From Antedon mediterranea (taxonomy: Eukaryota > Animalia > Echinodermata): a stretch of 64,000 nucleotides of DNA. Position 1 is the first letter of the stretch. Each line of letters starts with the position of its first letter. The stretch is from positions 35,288,304 to 35,352,303 of the forward strand of contig NC_092671.1 of the NCBI RefSeq assembly GCF_964355755.1, read 5' to 3'. Below, piece by piece: positions 28,027 through 40,000 of this stretch. Position numbers and translations under genes: made by a program. Below the pieces are notes generated by a model that saw only the letters and a program-made list of their open reading frames with translations, did no database searches and was not told where the DNA came from.

Positions 28027-31000
28027 TTATAGAGTGAGTGCATCTTCCTTTTCTAGATTGTTAAGGTTATCTACCTTTAACTGTTCAAAATCTCCCGGCT
28101 TATTTGCTAGTATTGCTTCAAAATCGTCCGGCCCCTTTGCTCCTATTGGTTCAAAATTGTTTGCTCCCTTCACTCTTATTGGTTCAAAATCTTCAGGCCG
28201 CTTTACTCTGATAAGTTCATAATCTTCCAGGCTGTCTGATTTTCTTATTGGTTCAAATTTTTGCGAAAATTCTTGACCTCGATAAAATGCATCCAAATTA
28301 AATGTTTTAAACAGAATACTTTCGTGAGGTTGCTCCAAACCGCCCTCAAACAGAATCGCAAAGTTTTGTGTCATTTTTCCAGTAAATGGATCGGTATCTT
28401 CAAAATATGTCAGATCTGAGTACGAACTCTTCAAATTGTATACCATCCATCCTGGACTCCACGTTTCACCGCCGTCGAGGCTTAATTTCACGGTCATGTA
28501 ATCACGGAACTTTCTTGATGCCGGATTCGAGAATAATAACCAACGCTTCCTTGGATGGTTCGGATCCGGGCTCGGGAATGCTATAACACTTCCCTGGAAT
28601 GCAAGGAAAAACGATGATTTTAATATCAATTTCTTTTTCATTTTTTTTATATTTATTAGGAGTAGATTCTTGTCATTTGATTGGAGGATTTTTAGGTAAC
28701 ATTGTGGGTCACTACTCCATTGAACTCTTACATTCAAAACTGAAATTGTGTTAATATATACGAGTGCAATGCAAATTTTGTACTGACCAAAAAATCTTAC
28801 CTAACTACAGTAGAACATATGTTTTATGTACACTGACTTTTACGTTCCCTGGGTTTTATGTAAGTATGCATAAAATGACCGATGACGTCATCATTTTTAG
28901 TAATTTATTACTTAAATAGTGTTATTTTCTTACATTGAAGGCGCAATTTAACAAAAAAAAACCACAAAGCCAAGGCTGTGTGAGACAAGCCACACATGCA
29001 TTCCCCTATAATTAAAATTACTGAAGTATGGGCATAAAATGTATCTCCAGCTAGGCCTCACATCTAGCTACGCCTAGCCTAGATTAGTCTAGGCTAAGCT
29101 AGCGACCACTGTGTGAGTAAAGTAGGTAAACACGACAGCCTTTTTAACTACGATGTACATATTTGGGGGTTAATTTAAGGTCCACCTGGATTTTACAAAT
29201 CCTATGTTTTACATATGTCTTTTGGTCCCGTACCATATGTAAAACGAAGGTTCTACTGTAATTGTGAATGTGACAAAAAGGTATATATTTACAGTACTAC
29301 CATTGTCCAAAATGGTCCTGGGATGTAGTATATAATACTTAGTTTTCTCATGTTTACTCCCTAAATTTGAGGCTCCTTTACCTGGCAACCTGCTGCCTTT
29401 GATGGTATTGTATAAAAATCATCAACAATTTTAAAGCCAGGTTCAATCAATTCTTGTTTAATCTTCGGGTAAGAAAATGTCAAGCCACCATCAACGCTGT
29501 AAGACTGTATTCGAGGCAATAATGCATTTAATGTTCTTGTATTTAACATGACTGTTCCATTATCTAGTTCAACAACCTGAAAAAAAACCAGAGTTTTATG
29601 AGCATAATAATATTCTATCTACAAATTGAATATAGCCTGTTAAAACATTAATATTTTCCGGTCATACCTGCCAGTTTCTATAGCTTTACTAGCGAGTGGC
29701 CAAGCGGTTAAGACAGAGGGACCGTAATTATGGAACCATAATATCGGCAATGGTTTGAGGCTCACTCGCTCCATGGTTCTGGTGAAGTCTTTCATTAAAC
29801 TCAATGAACATTTAGGTATTTCCCTGAATTGTATTCACTTAGGAGATTTTTTTTCAGGGCAATCCCTATTTGTCTCAAAAAATGTTCTTTAAAGTGCATG
29901 CGAGCATTCTGTGTACACTGGATCTAAGGTTTTAAACTGGTTCTGGTGGTAGAACAAGTCTTTTGGCAAAGGATTATAAACCGTTTATAGTCCTTATCCG
30001 AGAAGACTCGTTCTACCACCAGAACTATGGAGCGAGTGACCCTAGAACCTTTGCTGATGTTATGGCTATGTATGGTTTCAATGTTTTATCCGCTCGGCCA
30101 CTCACTCAGTCAATCAAAAATTATCCTTTTAAACCTTCTTATAAGTCTATTCCAATACCCTTTCACATCTGCAAAATGTAAAAACTTGTAACAAGTTGTA
30201 ACCAGGTTTGATAAGTGTGAATAATTTTGCAGAAAGGTCACCTGTGAAATCTCGGGAGATTGATGAGAGGCCTGTTTTTTGTTTCAAGAAGTTTCTGAGT
30301 TCTTACTGTGTACGCGTGTATTGGCCTGGTATTAAACTGACCTAACATAGTTATAAAATAGCGCGCAACTATATTTTTCTTCCACTATTTCTCAGGCTTC
30401 ATGTATGCGTGTATGAAAACGTGTAATAAATCGGGAGATCAAACTTAGTTAAAATTGGTTATAAGTTGTAAAAAATTATGCAGATGTGAAAAGGGTACTA
30501 GAGTCCAAAACATGGTACTTACTGTAGCTTCATTAGTGTGGATGGGATACCCAGACTTTGGTTCCTGTGAAAAGGGTATTTTACCCCCCGTCTGCCAATT
30601 ATCTCCAAAGTCATCACTGTAGATAACATTTGCATAATTTGTGGTGTTTGAGAAATTGTCTAAATCAACTGAAATAAAAGCAACATTTAGTTATAGTACA
30701 GTCAAGTGTAAAACTTTTCCAATACCAGACTTTTCCTGATGTCCAAAATGTTCCAAATTCATTTTTACCATTAAAAACACATTCCCAATACCAGACTTTC
30801 AAGAAAACCAGAGACTTAGCCATCCCAAACGTGTCCGATATTGAGAGAGTTGACTGTATCAAATTTAGATGATAAAAAAAGAACTATAAATATGTAGTTC
30901 TGTAGTCCGAGGTTTATTAGGGAGTTTGATGTGTGGTGACCAAATTATGACCTAACTAGGTCACTGTCTGGATCTAGAAACCATTTAGGGTATGTTCAGA

Positions 31001-34000
31001 TTCACAGAGTTATGCTTTTGTATCGCAAGCAATGTCATATTATAATTAGCATCGTAACACCAAAGTGTTCAGATTTGGCCGAACATCTGGTATGCAGTAA
31101 ATTTGATTGATTAGAGGTCAAAATCGTTGATGTTGGAGGTGGTTCAGTTTCATTACACCGCGTACGATACAAAAGCATAACTCCGTAGGTCTGAACAAGT
31201 CCTTAAACTGTGTTGAGGTGGGGAGCTAGGAAGCACTTCCAACTTCCCCACATGCACACAATAAATTGACATGACCAAAATCAGCCTAAATTCAATTCAA
31301 TGTGATCATTTAAATTTGTCTTGGGACAGCCAGCGTTAATGTATCCTATTTATGGACATCCTAAACCTACCTAAATGCATGCCAATGTGATCTTTCACAA
31401 AGTAGTTTCCTGGAACCATTAAACGGCCAGATTTAAGTTTAATGCCGTGGCCTGGTCCGGGAGCATACAGCGCAGGTAGAGGGCGTATTGCTGCTAACGT
31501 TGAATCTGTGATATCTTGCGGTGCTGTCCATGTCTCACCATTGTCAAAACTCTATAATCAAAATAATGTTAACTCAATTATTAGAAAATCAAATATTTTT
31601 ATCTGCTCCTGTGTTTGTAGATGAAGATGAAGTTACTGTTTCTAATAAATTATACAATTCATCTGCATGAGAGAAACGGTCCCAATGATTATTTATTTTT
31701 ATTTAACCATATTTAATGAGGGTGATCCATTCAGCTATTGCTGATCATTAGGGACCCTCAGAGGTTCACAAGACAAACATACAAACAAAACATATACAAG
31801 ATGCTCTACTTAAACAAAGTCTTATTACAAGTCTTTGGGAGTGGAGTTGTAATTTGGTCCTTAGAAAAAATCCTGACATGTGACGGGACTCGAACCCAGG
31901 ACCCTTGAAGTGGTAGCCAAGCATCATAACCACCAGGCCACAACTCGACTTCAAAAAAAGATCTATTTCAGGCCCGTAGCCAGGGGGGGTTTTATGGTTC
32001 GGGCGAACCCCCCCTTTACAGCAAACCCCCTTAACCAACTGCGAACCCCCATCCCCGACATGCCCAATACCTCACCCTCATCTCCAAAAATCCTCCAAAT
32101 ACGTGCCCCACAGTACAAAAAGTTGTTTGTAAATTGAAAAATTCGTAAACTTGTTCGTGAACCTTCTTCTCTGTATGAGCGTCAACTAGTGATACGTGTC
32201 TGTAAATTTCTAAAAGCTGCAAATGAATTGCCGATTTTAACCTGAAAAATAAATGTTTGGTCCCTGCATGTAACATGATATTGACGCGTCTCATAGCGAG
32301 CTCAGCTGGCGCACGAACGATTCGTACAAAGGACACCGCCAGACAACTGCGTACCTATAATTGTTTAGTAATAATCACTGGCAGTCAGGCAGCATGCATA
32401 AAGTATATAGCCTTCCGACGTACATCAGTATTTATGTGTGACTATGAAGTATAATGTATCATAGAGGATTATAGTGAATATTAATATTTTACACTATAAT
32501 ATCTATGGTATCAAGTACTGTAGTTCACATTATGGCATCCGATTATTTTTTTCTAGACCACCAGCCGATACGTACTAAAATGTATCAATATCACCTATTT
32601 ACATATTTATATTCCTCAACAAATTGCTGTAAATAAATATTATAGATAGAGCTAGCAAATAGCATTTGCCTTCACCCAGTGTGATTTTTTCTGGGCTGCT
32701 CCTAGATATACGTTCGCATTGAACTTGAACGCAAAACAAAATACGGAGTAAATGATCAAACAATCGGCGGTTCCGCACAGAGCACGCGCATCTAACATAC
32801 GGCAACAAATAGTTATCGTCATTTAATTTATCGACGTGTTTGAGGAGGAGGAAAAAAGTATGATCTTTTTGCTCATTGGTTATATAGCACGAGAGTGTCT
32901 TTTCCGGCCATCTAGGGGTGTCATTTAACAAAATTCGCTTCGCATCAGGGTGGGGGAGTGGGGGGGGGGGGGGGGGGGGGGGGGGTGGGTTTGACCCAAA
33001 TATTTAGTGTCCGAACCCCCCCTTGACAGATCCTGGCTACGGCCCTGTATTTATAGCATTGTATTGTTGCTTGTAAATAGCTTTTAGTTTAGTTATTCAT
33101 GTTCTGTGTTGCTTCTTGATCTCACCGCATATTGTGAGTGCCACTGAAAGGTGCATGGTTAACAAATAAATAAATAAATAAGCCAACATATTATAAATAT
33201 AAAATATACATGTTCGTTCTGATACTATCAGATCTTCATCAGAGAATGACTGGTTATTTGTATAGCAACAGCGAGCTAGAGAAATGATAGCGAGATTTTG
33301 TTTTGGAATTTTAGGCTGTACATTAATTTTAATTGAAGGCAGATAAAGGAAAGCATACATGCCAACACTCCTGTTTTGGCCGGGAGACTCCTGTATTTTA
33401 GACTTATCTCTTGGCTTAATATTGTGCTCCCGTTGTTTTCTACCAGATTACAAAGATAACTGAATTTTGATACATATTTACGATTTTTAAGGGATTGTAC
33501 GACCATCTGCAGTCATAATTTTCTCAATGGATGGGATTCCCCTCACATAGCCACTTATGCAATACCGCTTTCGATGTCACACACTGCACTCGTTACCCCA
33601 TGATAATAGATAGAGTGAACTGTTCACCTAAAAAAACTCCAGTTTTGTTAACTTTAGATGTTGGGATGTATGGGAAAGCTTGGTGTAGGCATTCAAGAAA
33701 CAATTATAACAGATTACAATATTCATATACATATAACTTACTCTAGTAACTAGTACTGCTTGTTGATATAGGCCATCTCTCATTAATTTCCATTGTGATA
33801 TATGGGACGGGATTGCTATAAATACCATGAGCAACATATCTAGTTCTTTGTCTACAATCGGTACTGGGTTCATAGTTCTGTAAATATTTAAAAAAAATAA
33901 GGATATATCAATGATCAATATTTGTTTACACAACACACAATCAATATACTAGTAAGTAATATGATCAGTAATTGTTAACATATGATCAGTAATTATTAAA

Positions 34001-37000
34001 ATATGATCAGTAATTGTTAACATATGATAAGTAATTCTTATTCTTATTCTTTTATGGCCAAATATAAAATACATGAAGAACACGACATACAAAAAAACTA
34101 GAACTAACTGAGTGAGCTGGCATGGGACACAAAAGCGAACCTAATCACTATGACTTAAAGCCTGTGTTCCCCACTCACCCAGTTTCACAAGCAATGAATA
34201 TTGTTACCAAATGATTATTAATTGTTAATATATTATGATCATTAATTGTTAATAATAATATATGATCAGTAATTGTTAACATATGATAAGTAATTGTTAA
34301 CATATGATAAGTAATTGTTAATATATGATCAGTAATTGTTAACATATAATCAGTAGTGTTAATATATGATCAGTATTGTTAACATTATGATCAGTAATTA
34401 TTAACATATCATCAGTAATTGTTAACAAATGATCAGTTTGTCAACATATAATCAGTATTGTTAGTATATGATCAGTAATTGTTAGTATATGATCAGTAAT
34501 TGTTAACAAATGATGAGTAATTGTTAACAACATATGATCAGTAATTGTTAACAACATATGATCAGTAATTGTTTATAAGCAAACAATTAATATTTGTTAA
34601 TAATATAATAATGATCGATAATTCTTAATTAATAACAGTAACACACTGACAATTAATAATTGTTCAATAATATACTTAAGTTTCAAAAACATTTCAGTAA
34701 ATTATGATTTATCATTACTGTAGTGTGTTTGATAAATGATATAAATGATATAAAGATCAGAATTGTATATGTATTATAAATACATCTGTTCAATGTTCAT
34801 TCATACTTCAGACATAACATTGTTTGATCAGTCTACAATACTATGCAAATGCAGTATCAACTAAAGACAATTTGTATACAAACTAGATGTTTTGTTGATA
34901 AGGGCGTGTGGCGTAAGGGCGTGTGGCGCAGTGTGTTGGACGTTGGACTACCGATCGTCAGACCTAGGTTCGAATCCAACTCTCGCCGCATTGCTTGTAT
35001 CCGTAGGCAAGATACTTTACTTACGTTCCCTCTCTCCACCCAGGTGTATAAATGGGTACCCAGTTAGATCTAGACACAACTTTGCGCTGGTTACCGGCTG
35101 CATTATGGGAGTATGTTTCCATACGTGTTTGATCCCAAAAAATACTGGGGTAATAATGCTTGTAAAGCGCCTTTGAGCAGGGCGCTATATAAATGTGGTA
35201 TTATTATTATTATATTATTGATATATATTTATCTGAATTTGTTCTCATAAAACATTGAGTAGTAGTTTTAGTTTATTTAATGTAAATTAGAAATGTTTCT
35301 AAATTGTCTTCTTCAAAACTCATTTTTACAATCCTTTAAAGATACAGAATGTTGTCCCCATTTTTTTTTTCCACATTTTTTTTTTATTATGCCATTTTAC
35401 GGTCATAGTTATTCACTTTGACCAAAAACTGGACCGAAAAAAAAAAATGATTTACCTAATAAAAAAGTAATTTAAAGATGTACTGTTTTTTTGACTAATT
35501 CCAACAAATTTTTTTTTTTATATTTAAAAAAAAAAGTGCGTCATTTTGAAGTATCATAATAGTTATTAACCTTCACCAAAAATAATTTAACCAAAATACA
35601 GACGTTTTTTTTTTTCAAAAAATTACTTTGACTTCCAGTCAAAGTTTTCGATAAAAACATATCTCATAATGCAACATGCTTATTTGGCTTCTCTGTATGC
35701 ATAATCATAAAACCTCCTCGCGATCTGTGTGAAAACACCTTCTCAACCGAGACAAGTTGTAAACAATCCTAATTAGCATCATGCATAATGCATACTCATG
35801 ATTTGAAATCTTTGTTTACTTTCGCTCATGACGATTTACCAGACGAAATTTAATCAAATTAATTTACCTGTTAATTACGTAAACTTGTTTTTGCCTCGAA
35901 TTTTCGACCTAAAGTGAGTAACTTTAATATTACTTTGATATGGCCAATTTAAATTTAGAATACCTTTTTTTTCATTTTTTGTGTTTCAAGGGACAGAAGT
36001 GAATAACTTTAAAAAAACTGCAAAATGGCCTATTCAAAATCTGATTTTATTAATCTTTATTTTTCATGTTTTTGGTAGACAATACATCTTTAAGATTAAA
36101 GTTGCCAGTGTATTCACGTAGCTAGGTTACCGTAAACAGACTTAACAACAAACTTTAACTAAACCATGCTACTTATTCAAGCCTGTTTATTGACTTTGAA
36201 AATCTTATAACAATGTTTGAAAAAATCCACTTTAGAAATTGAGATATCAAATCATAAAATATACTGACCAAAGGTCTGTACGTGCTTAAGTATTGGATTT
36301 TGAGAGGCTGTGAGAGAGAGCATATGCTAAAAGCCATGGTGAGAGAATGCATGGTTTAATTGACTTTTAGAATTCAGATGTTGCATACCCAGAAGCTATG
36401 TTTGCTTTTTGGAGACGGACAATGTGGTCCGTCATGTGATATATTTACTCAATCATAAGTAGCAGTTTGCTTTGAAATAAAAAGTCAATATTAACTATAA
36501 AAAAATTACAGACTACTAGGCCTATATCATTGCGATGTAACCAGTACTGTGTAAAAGTACATTAGACACTGTATAGGACAGCACTAAATGTAAATGTGAT
36601 AGTGATAATATAGGTATACGGCCATACTAAATGTAAATGTGATAGTGATAATATAGGTATACGGCCATACTGCGTTGAAACACCGGTTCTCATCAGATCA
36701 CCGAAGTTGGGCCCGGTTGCGTTCTGGATGGGAGACCGTCTAGAAATAGCAGCGGGTGCTGTATACACAACAGAGAGTGATGGTGTAAATTATAATATCG
36801 AACCAGCTGCCATGGTTCTGTGGAGGGCCTAATCCAAATGTCCTCAGTTTCCAGTTAAGCTCAAGAACCAGAATAATACATTTAACATTTAGACACTATA
36901 GTAAAGTAATAAATGTATGAATTTTTACGGCTATCGTTTGCATGCTTTATAACTAATTTCACTTGCATACCTTTTTGGGTGCATATACCTAGGCCTAGCC

Positions 37001-40000
37001 TAGAAAGAAGCTGGGCCTACCATGGCAAGCACCACTGCTCGGCGACCAAATTCCCGCCTAGCCGAGCTAACCGAAAACAATCGTGTAGCAGAATTGACAA
37101 TATATAGGCCTACAAATGGTGTGTGTTTTTTTGTTTTTTTTAAATGGGGCCGCAGTGCAGACAACCTAGTTCGTACTCGTAAATCGTGCAACGAGCTTTA
37201 CCTAGTATAGAGCGATCAGTATTCTGCAATACGATTTATAAATAAAGAGCGCACACGTTACTTATTTCAGCGTGTCTGATTGGCTACATCCTTGAACCCA
37301 TGTTATAATATACTGTAATATTGATAGATAAATGTTACCTCATGCCTGGCATTGACACCACAGTCTTTGCGTCGCTCCATTCCACTTTCCATCCTTTTCG
37401 TTTACCTCTGCGTAATATAATATCCATATTGCCAATGTCACGGTGGGTGTCTTTTCTTGCTTCACAAAATGCCAGAAAATAGTCATTATGATACACTAAT
37501 GCAGGAATTCTGAAAACAAAACAAGTTTCAAATGTGATGAATAACAAATAAATATTTCTAATATTGTTAATACCATAAAATAATTTTATGGGGCATTTTC
37601 TTCTTTTGGAAGAGAGTTGAATTAGGCCATGTTAAGCTCTGTCTACACTATCAAACTAGTTTTACATAAAAAAGTGTGATGTGCCCAAATATGGTAGTGA
37701 TATACCGTATATTTCGGTGTATAAGTCGCACTTTTGACACGCAAATTTGACCTCTAAATTAAGGGTGCGTCTTATACACCGAACATAAATGCCTCACCAC
37801 ACAGATTGTACATCCTAGCTAGGCCTAGTAGGCTATCGTCACCTCGTTTGCTAGGCCTGAGTAGGCTAGGCCTAGCTACAGTAACTAACGTAACCGCAAC
37901 CTGCTTCTGCCTAGTTTTCAAGGCATTTTAGCATGATGTTATACTAAATATGATGAAAAGATTTGTTCATTATGGCGATAAAATTTCATTTGTAAACGTT
38001 TAGGTACGATTGGAATAGTATTTATTTATACAGTAGTTATACGCACGATCGCCGTACCCCCAGCGCAAGCCCTTCTCTTGGCGGCCACATGGTGTACGGT
38101 ATTCGACTAGTATATTCTCCAGGTGATTATAGAATGGACCTAGCGTACACACTTCTCGGATACATAGATACTAATCGAATACGATTGTCCGTGAAAACGT
38201 GTGCCCTCTCGAAATGATCGAGCGAGGCTAGCCCACACTCGCAGCCCACACGTACGTGTTACACACACGGTCATGCACTCGATGTTGCGGCTGTTGAGGC
38301 TGGGCGCAGCCGAGCCTAGGACTAGGTAAGAAAAAACCTAAATAAAGGACGCCGTTGCAGATATAACAAAATATATTATTACAATAATATTGATTACACT
38401 TTAAAAAAACATTGTTTTGATGAAATATAAGGTGCGTCTTATACACCGACGATATAAAAAATACCGATATTTTACTCTCAGTTAGGGGTGCGTCTTATAC
38501 ACAACAGGTGCGACTTATACACCGAAATATACGGTAGTCAAAATATGGTAGTGATATGACATCAATATGTCCATATATGGGCACATCACATTTTTTTGTC
38601 GCATAACGTTTGATAGTGTAGACAGAGCTTAATACTATAGTAATACCATAAAATAATTTATTTTTAATAAATACATTATTTTACGGGGTGTTTTAATTCT
38701 TTTAGAAGTGAGTTGAATTAGGCTATGTAATGTTATGATAATTCATTTTTTTCATAGCAAAGATGAGCGAGACCTTAAATTCTAAGATCAAGTTAAAAAA
38801 AAAGGCAGTGATGCTCTGCCTCGAGTGAATGAATGAGTGGCCGAGTGGTTAAGAAAGGGGAACCGTAATTACATAGCTATAACATCAGCAAGGGTTCGAG
38901 GCTCACTCGCTCCATGGTTCTGGTGGTATAACAAGTCTTCTTGGATGAGGAATATAAACCGTAGGTCCAATGTACACATCTAGCTCATGTGCACTTTAAA
39001 GAACCTACAGTAGTACCTGTACATCTTTCGAGACGAGTAGAGGGTTACCCCGGTGTATTTAGAGTACACACAGCCACTGTCACTTACAGCCACTGATCAT
39101 AACTGGGCCCTCTGGGAGAACAGTCTTTGACTGAAGAGGCTACCCACTATAAAGAAATAATTAATAATAAACAATAATTAAAATCTATAGGGGGAAATGC
39201 AAATACTCTTTTGATTTAAGATGGAAATAGTGAATAAAACTTAACTTAGAACAGTAGGTATGTTATAAAACAAATAATGTTTTGTATTAGTTATTACCTC
39301 CGCCAAGGAGGTTATGTTTTCACCCCTGTATGTTTGTGTGTGTGTTTGTGTGTGTGTCTGTGAACAGCCTGGAGGCCACAGTTTTTATCCGATTCTCACC
39401 AAATTTGGCCACAATGATCTATGCCTCAAAAGCTCGGACGAGTTCGAATTTGAGGGGAAAAGGTCATAGGTCAAGGTCACAACTAACAAAAAACTATTTT
39501 ACTGCCTAGAAACCACAGTTTTTATCCGATTCTCACCAAACTTAGCCACAATGATCAATGACTCATCATATAATTGTGGTTACATTTTGAAGGGTCAGGG
39601 TCAAAGATCAAGGTCCACAAAAAACAAAAACAAAAAAGAAATAAAAAAATAATATTTTAAAAAAAACTTCAGTGGGACTTGAACCAGCGATCTCAACTGT
39701 GAGAGGCTGGATACATAACCATTACACCAAACCCTCATCCACAACTTTGTAGTGTGCAGTTAGCCTATTTACACTTAGACCTAATAAAAAAACAATTAAA
39801 AAAAATAAATATATTTTCCAGTGACATTTTATGTAGGGGAATTTTACAATAGTCGGAGGTTTGTACTCTCGGAGTACCCTCTAGTTTGTAATTGTGTATG
39901 GTCTGGGTTCCAGACGGAGTTTTTGCCTAATATTAGAAAAAAGATCAATATTTTGGCACATATGGTGTTTCATATGTATCCTACTTGAGCTTGTATTTCA

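Noticed and set aside
28594-28737. N-terminal part of the 236-aa ORF
   Set aside because: Intronic read-through; the real exon begins at acceptor TTCCAG|GGA (28593).
33950-34575. CRISPR-like periodicity here and at 45024, 60030 and 63628
   Set aside because: Head-to-tail repeats with no unique spacers, no cas genes, eukaryotic context.
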